Assembly: GCA_964252035.1 (NCBI GenBank)
Contig: OZ176203.1
Reading direction: 5' to 3' (one strand)
From: Podarcis erhardii
Taxonomy: Eukaryota
Length of the DNA stretch: 64,000 bases
Each line of letters starts with the position of its first letter. The first letter of the stretch is position 1. The notes below the pieces were generated by a model. It saw only the letters and a program-made list of their open reading frames with translations, made no database searches and was not told the origin of the DNA. This document shows, in pieces, positions 35,275-49,462 of this stretch. The position numbers and the translations under genes are program-made.

Positions 35275-36424
35275 ACTGCTGTTGTAATTATACAAGATTT
35301 TTTGGGGGGGGGAAGCATCACATTAGTTTTTTAACTTCTTAGTTATAGCAGAAACTATTTTCTTTGCTTTACACCTTTTGGTATCATATGGTTCACTGTA
35401 TTCTTGATATCCTCCCCTCCCCCCATTATGAAACAAAAAAATTGCCAGTCACTGAGTTCCTGCTGTTCCTGCTAAATTTTCTTTTTGGCCTGACCTTTAC
35501 ACAGCCCATTATGTAAGTTAGCACACTTTTTGCATGGAGGACGAGCGAGACAGAAGGTCAGTTCTTTCTCCTTCCCCTTACCTGGACTGTACATCTTCTC
35601 CGAATTTGCTGGCACTGGACACCTCCCACCATGAAATGTCCAGCTACAAATGTGACTGCCATGCCTAACAAGGAAAACTAGTTACATATATGTGTGTAAG
35701 GCAACCTTGTATATTTATAGTTTGCACTTTTAATTCCTTGTGTAATAGAAAAAGATTCATTTTTATTGCATGGATTGGATTTCAAACCTACTTTTGTCAC
35801 TGCAGCAGTCTGAACACAGCAAGCTGTACATTATGTATTGCTAGCATTGAACACATTACCTGATGAGAGAGAGAGAAAAAGAGAGAGAGAAACAACATTA
35901 CAAATGTCTCTTGTTTTTAGATACGCAGATCAAGACATCTGCCCTGAGGAGGATACAGTTTAATACTGCTTGAAGTTTCTATTAGCGTAGAAGAAAATGC
36001 ATAGTCCTAAATAAAAGGAGACAAGTTTGTAAATGGAAGCTATTAAAGGCTGAAATGCTAAACAAAGGTGAAGGGCAACAAACTGGGACTGCAGGTGTTT
36101 GAAGAAGTTCGTGTCTAGCACACCAAGTGAGTCCATTTGTTCATAAGCATGGCCCCATATAAATCTGCCAATTTGTCTACATGCTCAAAAATGGCTTGCA
36201 CTCTAGTGGGCAATGATATAAGTATCCTGAAAATAGCCTCAGAGGTTCACACAAGTAGTTTTCCCACCACATTGAAAAGAAGCGGTAGGTTCATGTGACT
36301 GAAATTGGACCAAAGCACAAGTGTTTCCTTTTATTTCAAGGAAGAATCCACACTCTCAAAACTGGGGGTGAACTTTGCCACTCTGCCACTGCCCGGTATG
36401 CAAATTAGAAGATGGCGAAAAGTG

Positions 36425-36657
36425 CAGTAGAACCTTGGTTGGCGAATGTAATCCATTCCGGAAGACTTCCGAAACATTTGACAACCAAAGCGCAATTGCC
36501 GGTCGGCAAAATCCATTGAAAAAATGGAGAAACGCACCTCGGAAGCCATTCGACTTCCGAGGCGCGTTCGAAAACAGAAGCATTCACTTCTAGATTGTCG
36601 GTGTTCGACTTCCAAAGCGTTTGACTTCCAAAGTGTTCAACAACCGAGGTTCCACTG
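36425..36657. mobile_element. Tigger-like MITE
   Basis: Ends CAGTAGAACCTTGGTTG / CAACCGAGGTTCCACTG followed by TA. Confidence 0.8.
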
Positions 36658-37790
36658 TATCTGATATTCATGCAGTGACTCTCAAAAGGTTGCGCCAGGA
36701 CGAAGATGCTTTGAGGACTGTCAGAACACCTTCCCGGAAGGTGCGCTGGCAATCGCTGTGAGGGACGCTCAAGGCAAATCATCTTCACCCAAGCATCCCT
36801 TTCAAAGGCAAGATGGCTGGCGGTGGGTGTGGCTCATCAAAATAATTACGTTGTTTTCTTTCAGCTTGCAGTTAGAGTTCGCGAATAAATCTAGCGATTC
36901 CTCATCTTCATCGTGCACACGTTTCTTTCTCCCCCTGCTCCCATCATTCTTCCATTCCCCTTTCCTAGATGCTGAAATATAATGAGCTCCCTCGGCCTTC
37001 AGGACATACACCATACCAAATTCCTACATTAAAGTTCATAACATTAGCTAAGTTTTAACAATGAAATACATGTTATGTCTGGCTGTTTGCATCTGACTCA
37101 GGCTGCCTTGTGCTTGCACATCTTTCATCCTGAAAGATTCTTTAACTTTTCAGCAGCTTTCAGAAGTGACCTTTAGCGCACGGGGTCCTATTTGCATCAG
37201 CAAGGTATTCAGGTGGGGTGGTGAAAATACATCAAGCTGAAAAACCATTGCTTGAGTGAACAAAAGGTCTTGGCCTCTCCACAGACAGGCAGACGCAAAG
37301 ATGCTACATGATATAATTTGACAATAAATCCTTGGTATGATAGTTAGTATATTAATATGTAAGCAAGAATTTGGGTTTTGTGATCAGCTTTGATAGGGTG
37401 TGATGAGTTGTTTGCAATGCAGATGAGAAAGGTATATTTGCTGTGTCTTTGAGGACTTTTTGTGTCAAAATTTAGATTGTCACTTTGGAGCACTTTGGGT
37501 TTGAATGACAGGGGCTGTTTCAGCCCTTGAAAGAGAGATGGAGATAGCACCATATTGTAATTCCAAGGAGAAACTGGGAAGCATGTTCTTAATATAGGGT
37601 ATCACAAACCATTCAAACTAAATTGTGCTTTATAACATGCTTAAAACTGCTTTTGGTGTAATGTGTTAGAATTTTCATGGCATATGGAGACTGGTTTTCA
37701 ATTATATATCTCAAAACAAGAGACTCTGATTCAACTCTTGCCCACTTCAGAAACTGATGCACATGATGGTAAAGAACATATGGCCCAGTT

Positions 37791-38152
37791 AAAGGTAAAG
37801 GTAAAGGTACCCCTGACCATTAGGTCCAGTCATGACTCTGGGGTTGTGCGCTCATCTCATTCTATAGGCCGAGGGAGCCGGCATTTGTCCGCAGGCAGCT
37901 TCCGGGTCATGTGGCCAGCATGACTAAGCCACTTCTGGCGAACCAGAGCAGCACACGGAAACGCCGTTTACCTTCCCGCCGGAGCGGTACCTATTTATCT
38001 ACTTGCACTTTGATGTGCTTTCGAACTGCTAGGTGGGCAGGAGCAGGGACCGAGCAATGGGAGCTCACCCTGTCGCAGGGTTTCGAACCACCGACCTTCT
38101 GATCGGCAAGTCCTAGGCTCTGTGGTTTAACCCACAGCGCCACCCGCGTCCC
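37791..38152 (-). mobile_element. Sauria SINE
   Basis: (AAAGGT)n at left, CACAGCGCCACCCGCGTCCC at right, TSD ATGGCCCAGTT. Confidence 0.95.
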
Positions 38153-38184
38153 AATGGCCCAGTTAGGAGGTTAGAAATTCTATA

Positions 38185-38426
38185 CAGTTGTACCTTGGTT
38201 GTCGAACGCCTTTGTACTTGTACATTTTGGCTCCTGAATGCCACAAACCCGGAAGTAAGTGTTCCGGTTTTCTAATGTTTTTCTGAAGCCAAATGTCCGA
38301 CACGGCTTCCAGTTGAGTGCAGGAATCTCCTGCAGCCAATCAGAAGCCATGCCTTAGTTTTTGAACCGTTCGGAGAGTCGAACGGATTCCCATAATGGAT
38401 TAACTTAGAAAACCAAGGTACCACTG
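38185..38426. mobile_element. Tigger-like MITE family B
   Basis: CAGTTGTACCTTGGTT / AACCAAGGTACCACTG, TA TSD. Confidence 0.85.
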
Positions 38427-40419
38427 TAGTGAGAACCTACACTTTTCCCATGGAATGTGCACAGGTAATTGGAAACCTTGATTGTTCATGGCTCTTGATC
38501 CATGTGGAGGATACGGTGCATGTTCAGCTAAACATATGTTGGTTCCCCCTTCAGACCTTCCTCCCCAGTCAGAAAAGTTGGGGTGATGCTGAGAGGGACA
38601 GAAATGTTGGAGCATGTGTTGGCCCACTTCTTCCTCTTTTCTGAATAATTCCTGTTGGGGCTTAGGTGAATTATCATTCTACAATGTAGTTTTTAAACAG
38701 AAACTGTAATTCTGATCTTATTAAAATATTGATTATTATATCCTTTTATTTTATTTTTCTGGTTGTTTTTTAAATGTATTTCATTTATTCTGAGAAAGGA
38801 AAGGAAATTTATTCTTTCATAGGAAAGAGGGAGGGAGATCCAGGAGTGGTTGGGTGAGTGGGGATCCTTTCCAAAACATAAGGTTATATTGGATAAAAGC
38901 CATCCTGTTAGCTCAATAACTTCTTCCTGTGCAATGGGACTTCCTCTTCTCTTCTCATGCGGGGGGGGGGGGGGAGAGGGAGATGAAGTCCTGTAGCACA
39001 AGTGAAAGTCATTGCACTAACAGAATGACTTTGTTGGCTGCAACCCATAAACTAATACTTTTAAAATGCTAGTGTTTCTTCATGTCTTACTCAAGTATTT
39101 TTGTAAACAAAATGCAGCTGAAAAATGAGGATCTCCCCCATCACTGAAATATTTGAAGATAATTATTAAAGTAACAAAGTATATATATATACACTTTTTC
39201 AGGTTTTAGTTACATCCATATAATACATTGTCCTAGCTCCATGAATTCTATTAAGTATGATAAAATAATAACTAAATTATACTGAGTTTGATAAATAGTT
39301 ATTCTTGTCTTAATGAGATCATCACATTGAGTTATGCACTTAAAGGACTTTCCTTTGTAGAAGAGAGTGCAATTAATGAGTTATATTTTTAGTTCCTTGA
39401 CAAACGGTTGTCATAAAAAAGGCATAAAATGTACTAAAAGATTATCTGTGTACATGTGCAATCTTTTCTGAAAACAGTTATTTCTTTAACTGAATAAGAT
39501 ATTGGCTCATATCCCGCATAGTATTATAGAACAAAATGAGTGGGTTTTAATAGATGCAGTGAAATTAATTATACAGCATACAGAAAGGGCTGGTAGATTT
39601 AAGGTGCTCTTAGGACCACTTCACAATGCTAAGTTTCTTGATATAAAGTGTATGCAGGAATACTGTCATGTAGATTATAGCTCTGCCCATGGCAGCCAGC
39701 AGTTATCCCATGGTTGGTTGAATGGGGCTTGTAGTCTGTTGACTCCATAGCAGGGGTGGGGACATTTTGTGACTGGCGGGCCAGATTTTAATCTCCCCAA
39801 CCCTGGTGGCCAAATCTGGCAGGTGGGTGAAGTCCACAGCTGGCAATGCTGCACTTTGAAGCCCTGGTTTTCAGAACGTCAAAGTGCAGCATGTTTACAA
39901 AGGGCTTTCAGCCACAGACAGCTATTTGAACCTCAGGTTTATAGAGTCTGTGGATTTAGACAATCTCTAAAAAGCAGGGACAGGAATTTTATCTCCCCAT
40001 TTTAGCACCTAGATTGAGAAATAAAGCACTACGTTTTTTTAGAGTCCCTCTCTAAAGATCAGGCAGAGCTTCATCTTGCAATGTGATCTATAGGAGCTGG
40101 CAAGTCAATTCCTGAAGCTCACTGAGGTGGATCTGATTTGCAGGCTGCCGGCTAGTCACTCTTGCTGCAGAGCTCACATGCCATGGAGATAAGTATGCCC
40201 ATTACATTCTGTAACCACTGAACACACTCATTCCTCATTGTGTTTCTCGGTTCTTCTCCTCAAGTAAGGTTTTCCCTGCAAAAAAAAGTTACTTTGTACT
40301 TCTGCAAATTGTGAGGCTCTCCCAGACCTGCTGATATCTCCATCTGGTTGATGGATGCTACCATTTTGGCTACAAAAGATCCACACTTGTGTTCGTTATC
40401 AGCATATACAATTCCACAG

Positions 40420-41222
40420 GCCAGGCTGCATCAACAGAAGTACAGTGGTACCTTGGGTTAAGTACTTAATTTGTTCCGGAGATCCGTTCTTAACCTGAAA
40501 CTGTTCTTAACCTGAAGCACCACTTTAGCTAATGGGGCCTCCCGCTGCTGCCGTAGCACAATTTCTGTTCTCATCCTGAAGCAAAGTTCTTAACCTGAAG
40601 CACTATTTCTGGGTTAGTGGAGTCTGTAACCTGAAGCGCCTGTAACCTGAAGTACCACTGTACAGTGTCCCGATCAAGGGAAGTAATAGCCCCACTCTAT
40701 TCTGTCTTGGTCAGACTGTACCTGGGGCACTGTGTCCAGTTCTGGGCACCACAATTTAAGAAGGATATTGACAAGCTGGAACGTGTGCAGAGGAGGGCAA
40801 CCAAGATGATCAAGGGTCTGGAAACCAAGCCTTATGAGGAACTGTTGAGGGAGTTGGGTATATTTAGCCTGGCAAAGAGAAGGCTGAGAGGAGATATGAT
40901 AGCCATCTTTAAATATCTATAGGGCTGTCACATGGTGGATGCAGCAAGCTTGTTTTCTACTCTGGAGGATAGGACCAGAGCAAATGGATTCAAGTTACAA
41001 GATTCTGACTAAACGTCAGGAAGACCTTTCTGAGAGTAAGAGCTGTTTTTTCTGTGGAAGAGACTCCCAGGAGAGGTGCTGGACTCTCCTTCCTTGGAAG
41101 TTTTTAAGCAGAGGTTGGGTGGCTATCCGTCATGTATGATCTTGTTAAGATTCCTGCAGTCTAGGTGGTTTGACTGGATGAGCCTCAGGATCCCTTCCAA
41201 TTTCACAATTCTGTTCTATGAG
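40420..41222 (+). mobile_element. CR1 LINE 3' fragment, with a MITE inserted near its 5' end
   Basis: [50 protein letters not shown] is CR1 ORF2. Tail TTCCAATTTCACAATTCTGTTCTATGA. Confidence 0.95.
40443..40660 (-). mobile_element. Tigger-like MITE family A (donor for the insertion at 13.5-13.8 kb)
   Basis: TIRs, TA TSD (40441-40442, 40661-40662) splitting the CR1 sequence CAACAGAAG|TA|CAGTGTCC. Confidence 0.95.
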
Positions 41223-42402
41223 ACTGAACCATTTGCAGGAAACAAATACAAGTTTTGGGAAGTAAAATCTATTCCAGGCTTCTATTTTGAAGCTAAGGTT
41301 ATCATCAAGGTTAGGTTGAGGTGTCAAGAAAGTGTGACTGTGACAAGATTTAGTGACAATGCGAGGACAAATTAATGCAAGATCAGTGGCCCAGCTATTG
41401 ATTCTTATCATGGGATCCTGCTGAAATGAAGTAATGATTTAAATAGCCTTTGATGTATACTATTCTGGCCCCCAGAATAGACTGCTCTCAGCTTTGATGT
41501 CTACAGTTCCTTTTCCACTCTCATAAGTGAGCAGAGAGACTCTGGAGGGTTGATTAAATAATGATGCATGAGCATGTGCGTGAACACAGAGACACATACA
41601 CAAATCCTATTTGTTAAACTATTCCTGCTGTTGTTTTCTCATAAAAGGCAGCAAAGGCATGTCTTTCACTTCCCCATTCGAGCCTTTAGTGTTTCAAAAC
41701 TGTCAAATGGGGATTACTCACTTGCAGTAGCAATGGACTATTTGAAGCCTGAGTGTTTGTGTAGATTTCTGAGTATTACAAATAGTTAAGGCCTGCTCAC
41801 TTATTGCTCTTAAGGGAGACGGTTCAACCCAGCGAGAGTCTTCAGCATATTGCACTTTCACCTTCCATTCGCCAGAAGAAAGTTGCAAGTGAACTATGCT
41901 GTACCACGTGCAGTTTAATGATAATGAATTGTTCGACTCATGCTCCCCCTTGCTAGTATCTGTTGACAAATGACCACCTGCGATGACTGGTGAAATTAAA
42001 TCACTAATACGGCAAGTTAAAAATAATCAGTCCTCGGGGAAACCTTTATTTTATCTAACTTACTAAAGGCATTAATTGAATGCTGGGCACCAGTGTTGGT
42101 TTTGCTTTCTGTGTATGATTATGGTTCACAGAGAGTCCTGACTTAATAGAAAGATGCAATACTGGTGGTGGTGGTGAAGTGTGTGTGTGTGTGTATGTGA
42201 CAGGAGAATACTTTGCCAAATATTTTATTTATTTTATTTTAAAAATTTGTAGCTTCATCTTGCCCAAGGCAGCAACTAACCAACCAACCAGAGAAAAAGA
42301 CATACATTTAAAGCATCCTGCTCATTTCTAAAAGGCCACAGATAGTTAAAGACCAAAGGTCTGGTTAGAGAGGAAAGATTTTGCCTAGCACTTAAAGATA
42401 TA

Positions 42403-42643
42403 CAGTGGTACCTCTGTTTTCAAACGTCTCCATTGACAAACATTTCAGTTTTCGAACGCCGTAAACCTGGAAGTAGATGCTTTGGTTTTTGAACGCACCT
42501 CAGAAGTTGAACATGCCTCGCGGATTCCACTGAGTGCAAGATCCTGAGGCCTAGCTGTCGGCTGTTGAGTTTTCTGTTTCAAACGTTTCAGAACTCAAAC
42601 GGTCTTCCAAAACGGATTACGTTCAAAAACCGAGGTACCACTG
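42403..42643. mobile_element. Tigger-like MITE
   Basis: CAGTGGTACCTCTGTTTT / AAAACCGAGGTACCACTG. Confidence 0.85.
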
Positions 42644-42900
42644 GATAAAGATGGCACCCGGTGAACCTCCCTGGAGAGAGGACTCCACAAATGGGCTGTT
42701 CTTGTGTTGCCACTCTCCAGACTGCTTGTGGAGGGGGCACACAAAGAAGGGCCTCAGATAGTGATTGCAGAGTCTGGGGTGGTTCATATGGAAGAGTCGA
42801 TCCTTGAGGTAGTGCAGCTTCATAGATCGAAACCAGCACTTTGAATCGAGCCTGGAAACTGTCACGGCGCTGTTGACAAGGAATATCCAGAGTGAGGAAC
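42644..42900 (-). mobile_element. Degraded L2 fragment
   Basis: Similar to the body of 56458-56891 (ACCAGCACTTTGAAT, GAAGGGCCTC). Confidence 0.6.
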
Positions 42901-45900
42901 TAACTCTTTTTTTGTGAAAAATACCATTGCAAGTTAGAAAAGGCATGTACATCAGTTCTGTGTCTCTCGGCTGCTCTTAGGTATGCAGTTGCAGCAAGAG
43001 AGAAGGCCTGCCCCTGACTCCACACCAGCCTGATCTCTCTCTCCTCCCTCCCACAAGTGTTTTCCACTCTCCAATCCTGCAGATTCTCCTTCCTCTGACT
43101 CTTATCTCCTGGCTGTTACAGCTCCCCCAGGCATACAAGGCTTTAGCTATGGGAGAAGCAAGAACCTCTTTGGAGTATTAGTGCTGTTAGCCTCTCCATT
43201 GTAGGCTCAGGTTGTATATTTGTGGAAATAAACCTTATATCATAGAGACACTTCAGTCTCTGCAGTGCCTCATTGTCAGAAGAAAACCCAGAGCCTGGGT
43301 AAAGCATGCCTGGAACTCCCTGGAATCTCGCAGAGCTCAGAGACTGGGCATGGCATGTAACAGCATTTTAGTATTTGTGAATTAGCATCAGAATTTGTCC
43401 ATTAAACTTTGATTAGTTTAATGTTAAGTAAACGTCCAGTGCGCTTCCAACGCCATAAGTCTTATCTCAGCAGAGAATTTCGTGCAGTGGCTGAAGGAGG
43501 CAGGAGAGTCAGTACCTTTTATAAATGAAGAATCCTGGAGCAAGCACTTTGGAACTCAGAGAAAAAACTTTATTCACAAAAGCAAAAAAAAACCCTGGCG
43601 ATAAAGCACACATGCTTTTATCTCCGGCATAAAGAAAAACTTTACTCTAAACTTAACTCATCTCAGCAAACACGCCCATGGCCACAAACTGAGTCTGCGA
43701 GTCAGGTCAAGGGGGGAAGAGAGAGAGAAACAAGGGTGAACTGACTATTTATACAAACCAACTCACATTCCTGGATGCTTAATGACTTTCAGCTGCTCAG
43801 TGATTAGAGCGACTTGTTACCTCTTAACCCTTTAGTACCAACAGAAATGTATGCCAAATAGGAATAGCTTGTTTCTAAGTTGAGAAGCTTTTGCCTACGT
43901 AGAATAAACACCTTCCTTAAATAAAGAAGCACCTTATTTAATAACATCTTTTAAATAACAACACCTGGCTTGTTTTTAGCCATATAAATAGGGCAGGTTT
44001 TATGGCTGAGGCCATGCAGGCTATATGAAAGTCAAGTAAAAGAGAAAATTTAAAAGTGCCTTGTTTTAAATGGCACATTCATAAGAATTTAGGGTATTCA
44101 TAGTACACATGCAGCCACCCTCGGTCACAATTACATTTGAGTGAGCTGGGTGGCGGGAACTAATGCAAAAACCTATTATTCTCAAGACACATCTTAGAGC
44201 CAGGAGATTCTTAAACAAAGCACTGGAACTATTGAAAGAAAAACAGTGGTGGTGGTGAACATTATGGTGGTAGAAACCAGTACACCAAAGTAGAAAAAGT
44301 CAGGCCACACATTGAATGAAATGTGGTGAATTATATTGCCCCTTTGTTTACTTGAATCAGGCTTGGATTGGGGAAGCCAATTTGCTGGTGGCAGTAGATG
44401 CAATTGCCTATGGTTGCAGAATGCAATCTGTTCACTAATTAATTATTAGATATATTTGGTATGTTCCATTCATTTCTCAGAGCTGATTCACAAGCGCGTG
44501 TAGATCAGCAGACCCCTTGTCATTTCATTATTCAATGTCTGGAGTGTGTGAACTGTCTACATTGAAAAGCACTTCCCTGACCTAAGGCTGACATCCTATG
44601 TGGCTCCCCAAGCAATTTTTCTGCCCTCCCCCCAAAGCTACAACTGATTTTGGCAACAATGAATGGTGCAGGGAGGGGGAATTAAGTATACGTGTTGTTC
44701 AGATGGGCAGACTGACTTCTAGCCACAGCTCAACTGAGGCATCTGATCAGGGCCTGGATTTTAAAATGAGCTTAAAGATTTTCAAATGTTTTATGCCAGG
44801 CAGAAGACCAGCTGCCTAAGTACTTTGGCAAGATGTTTATCCTCCTGGACAAGGGCCCCCCCCGATTTATAGCAGAAAACAATTCTCAAAGTCGTAAAAA
44901 GGGAATTACAGGCTGAGAGCAAAGGTTACACTGACCCTACATATTACAGAATATAAAAAAGCTGAGAAAAAAACATAATTAAGAGTTGGTAAATAGTAAA
45001 ATAAAACCATGTGCCTCCCATTAAACTTGAGCCATATTTTCCTAAGGTTAAAGGGCAAGAGCAAATGGAAAAAGCAGCTGGCTTGGCTGGAGAAGGGGGG
45101 TGTAAACAGAAGAAGAGGCTTCTTCCTATTTTATTTTGAGGCTGTAAACTGTTCCTTCCTTTTTACTTTGAGAAGGTTTATTCTTCTAAAAAGCTATCTA
45201 TGATAATGTATTAAATATATTGGCTTAAATGTAATTATGCAAAGGATTTAAGAAATGTTGGATTCTTATTTCATATAGTTGTAAGAGTTGTAACTATCCT
45301 GAAATTAAGTCAGCCATCAGCCCAGCCCCCTGTCAGGCAGGAAAACACCATCAGAGCACTCTAGACATGTGGTTGTCAGGCTTTTGTTTAAAGGAACCTC
45401 CAAAGAAGGAGATCTTTCATTGATGATGCATGAGAATGTGAACCCAAGATCTCTGACAAAAATTTAAAACTATTAACCATCTGTTTTGGAGGGCAATAGG
45501 GCAAGGAGGGCAAGAGGTGAGCTGGTAATTAAGGTTCCTTGTTGAGACAAATGTAAGATATATGACTACTTCTTTGTCATTTATAGATAGAAGAATATAT
45601 AGCTTTTTGTTTCCCATAAAAGGCAAAAGGATATGGGTGTATCTTTTGTGATTGGTTCTAGCAAACAGCCAATAGGAATTTCAACCAGGCTGATTGGACA
45701 GAGGCAGCCACAGGAGGAGCAAGGGGGCTGGATTAAGGAAATATAAGTGCTGGCCATAATGGCAGGAGGCCAGGCCAGAGCTTGGTAACCATATACCACT
45801 GTGCCTCTCATTTATTTGTCTGACAAATAAATTATTATTTTAATTTCTCTATTGCTGCGTTGAATATTTCATTCCAGCTAAGCATTAACCACAAGCAGGG

Positions 45901-48198
45901 TGCTACACAACCTGGCATGTAGTCGCCAGAGAGTCAAAAAATGTTGTGAGCATTACCTTCAGGCCAAAAACTTTAGCCTCCTCCAACCTGAGGGAATCGG
46001 AAAGGTCCATCTTTGGTATGTGATCTGTCAGGGCTCATACACAATCACAATTGATGACTTGATATGACAATCAACAAGCACGCAGCATGAGCATCTCCTT
46101 CGTTAACCCGGCAGTAAAGACAGGCAGATTGATACACAGAAATATTGCCGTACGAGGTGGGGAAGGGGTCCTAAAATACAAAGAAAATAGTTTCGTATGT
46201 TCCTGAGTCCAGATTGCCAAAAACAAAACAAAATGCAGTTGAAGTGTGCTTGCTTAGCATTATTAAGACTCATCCCAGAGCAAGGCTATTTCAGACTACT
46301 GTCATTGTCCCATGGGTTACTTGAGGATATGCTAAATATTTGATCAGCAACAGCACGTGTAAAGAAGAGAGGGTGCTCAGGAGAGCCTCTCACCAACTCC
46401 ACTCCTTCTTCTTGGGTGTAAAAATATAATTTGTTGGCTTATATCGCATAATAATAGCTTGGGCAATGGCTCTACCCAGTGCTTCTGTGACCCTTTCTGT
46501 CTTATTCACATTGATATTCACCTGCCATTGGTCTTATTGGTAATGGGGGGAAATGTTTCTTTACTAGAGTTTCTTCATATTTACAAAGATGGCTTCCACT
46601 TCTATGCCTACATGGTGGGAGTGATTTTTGTGACTGCTTCATACAGGAAGGAAGAAGAGAGATTGAGAGAGCAAGAGGGGTGGTGCTTAGAGGTTTAGTG
46701 GGAAATCCTGCCCTCTACTGACTGGAGGCCATAAGCTTGTTTTCTGTTCCAAAGGAAGTCCCATTGAGTTCAAAGGGGCTTCCTCCGTAGTTAAGTGGAT
46801 ATAAGACTTCAGCCGTCACTGATTTCAGTTTTCAGTGGATGATGACCACTGTGTTGGGTACAATATTATGCAGTAAATAATGGCATTTGTAACCATAATG
46901 AGAAGTTCTTTTTTTATAGTATTTAACCTCATATGATGCTTATACCATTGCAGGCAAATGAGCACTGTTGTTGGCACCTATTCCTCCCTTTTAATTCAAG
47001 CAGAAAGATATATAACTATCCTTGAAAAACCATTCGCATACTGTTACAAATGCTCAGTGTGTTGCCATTTATGTTCATATTCAGAGCAGCACTTCTTGTA
47101 GGTCTCTTGCAGTGATGATGTGTGGTTCTTGACCATCTACATCAAAAGAAATACAAGCCAAATGCTACACCCAGATGCTATAGGTTAGAGAATATGATAC
47201 CTGTGTGATGCCGTAAATGCATATAACATCACATACTGCAAAGTTAATTGTGACAGAACACAAGTCTTTACTTGCCAGTCTGGCAATCCTTCCCTGTTTC
47301 CTTCCCTGATGGAAGTAGAAAGAGTGTTGGCATTTCTACTGGACATTAGGACAATTTGCAATTGCACTCTAAGAATACTGTTCTGGGTTTAAACCTACCC
47401 ATCTGAGAAGCTCTTGTCTCATTACATTCAAGGTTGAAGCCTGAATTACATGTAGATTGTTGGAAAGAGGGATATGATGTTCACTAAAGTGAAAACTTCT
47501 GGTACTACTGCATTATCTGACGATGAGTGTTTTTGGTTATCCAGACTGACATTAGTGGTCTAAGAATTATGCCCCCCAAGTTTTAAATCCCCCAAAAGCT
47601 GTAGCATGTGGTCTTTGCAGAAAATTGGGTAAGCAGTGCCAACATTACTTATCTGCGTTTACTACACTTTTAAATATTACCTTGCTTAAGTCTCCACATT
47701 TGACTTTCCTACAGAAGAAGTCCCCCTGTACTATAGTAGTTTGTCAACAATTGGTTGCCTTAGTTCTTAAACGATTGTGTTGCCCATTTGCTCTCTGCTT
47801 TAGGAATCCACCATTCTCCATCCCTCTTAGTTTTCTTAACATTATCTTATCGAAAGTTTTGATCATCTTGCCATAACATTGGTGAGGATAGTGCTTCCTA
47901 AGCATGACTACTCAGAAGCAACTCCAGTTGAATTCAAGGGGACATTAGCTTGTTTGTGTTCATCGTAAACATACCTGCACTGGTGATGTCAGTAATAGTT
48001 GTTGTTGTTTTTTCCCATTCTCCTAGGCTGGAGAAAGAAAGGATACTTAAGCAGCAACTACATATAGCTGAAATATGGCTACATATAAGAGTTACATCAC
48101 ACATACCATCTTTAAATGTGTACCCCTTTTGGAGGGGAGGGCGTACACCTAAAATTTAAAAATATGAATGCAACTTAGGCAGTATTTGGAAGCATGTA

Positions 48199-48544
48199 CA
48201 GTGGTGCCCCGCAAGACGAACGCCTCGCAAGACGGAAAACACGCTAGACGAAAGGGTTTTCCGTTTTGGAGGCGCTTCGCAAAACGAATTTCCCTATGGG
48301 CTTGCTTCGCAAGACGAAAATGTCTTGCAAGTTCCTGCGGGGTTTTTCCCCCTTTCCCTAAGCCCTAAGCCGCTTATCAGCTGATCCGCTGATAAGCCAC
48401 TTATCAGCTGATCCGCTAAAAGCCGCTAAACCGCTAATAGCGCTAATCCGCTAAGCTGTCAATGGGCTTGCTTCGCAAGACGAAAAAAACGCTATACGAA
48501 GAGCCTCCCGGAACGGATTAATTTTGTCTGGTGAGGCACCACTG
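48199..48544. mobile_element. Tigger-like MITE with internal short CCGCTAA/CCGCTTATCAG repeats
   Basis: CAGTGGTGCCCCGCAAGACGAA / GTGAGGCACCACTG, TA TSD. Confidence 0.85.
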
Positions 48545-49462
48545 TACATGTGCTCATTTTGACTGAACTCTAGCCAGCAAGCCCAGTGTTGTAACATTGA
48601 GTGAATGTATACTGTGAAAGGAGTTAGTTGAGTCACTGACTGATACACCAAATGTCATTCACACCACAATGGGCTCATTTGGGTGGAGCAGGACACAAGC
48701 AAGGTCATTGTTCAATTACACCAGTGCAACTAGAGGAGACCAGGACTAATAAAGCAAGCGAGCTAGAAATTGTGAAGGGAGAAGCTTTCTTGTATACTGC
48801 AAAATTGAAACTCTCAGTTACATGTTGGGAGATGAGAACAGCATCTCCCCTTTGAAAGTCGGGGATTAGCCTTGCAAGATGAAAGAGGAACGTTCCTCTA
48901 GATCAGACCCTAGCTGCTCCGCAGCATAGAAAATGGCAAGTCTGATAAGTCGTGGTGCAGCTTGTTAAACGAAAGCAGCAATAACAAACTGAACGTGGGA
49001 GAGATAAGCGATCATCAATGTGAAAATGAAAATGTTGTGTCAAGCAGAGAGCAAATTCGGTTTTAAAAGAAAAAGAAGATAGGGACTTCTTTTTTCAGAA
49101 TGTCATTATTTGTTAAATGGCATGTGCTTTCCCTAATATTTGCAGAACAGTCAGCGGGAAGCGACTGCATTCTGCTAAGATAATGAGTCAAAGAAACACA
49201 GGGAGCATATGGAGCAGAAGGGATGATTGGGTAACCCAGTAAACACAAACCAAAATAGGTTCAATATTGTCGGAAAGGGACTGTGGCTGAGCTTTCTTTA
49301 TGGTTCCCCAAAACAGAAATGTAGATGATAACATTTAATGTGCTAATTCTCTCTGCGTGTGTGTGAGAGAGAGAGACATGAGAGACATTTATGAAATTAT
49401 GCATGGCATGGAGACAGTGGATAGAGGGGTGGAAATTCTCCATCTCATACAAGAACCCGTGG

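Noticed and set aside
42946-43830. One or two further solo LTRs (TGTAACA end at about 43362; minus-strand TATA and AATAAA near 43750 and 43570)
   Set aside because: I could not define matching termini or a TSD, so they are left uncalled.
45625-45840. CCAAT/TATA/AATAAA-containing LTR- or Penelope-like block
   Set aside because: Signals are present, but there are no boundaries, TSD or second copy to support a family call.
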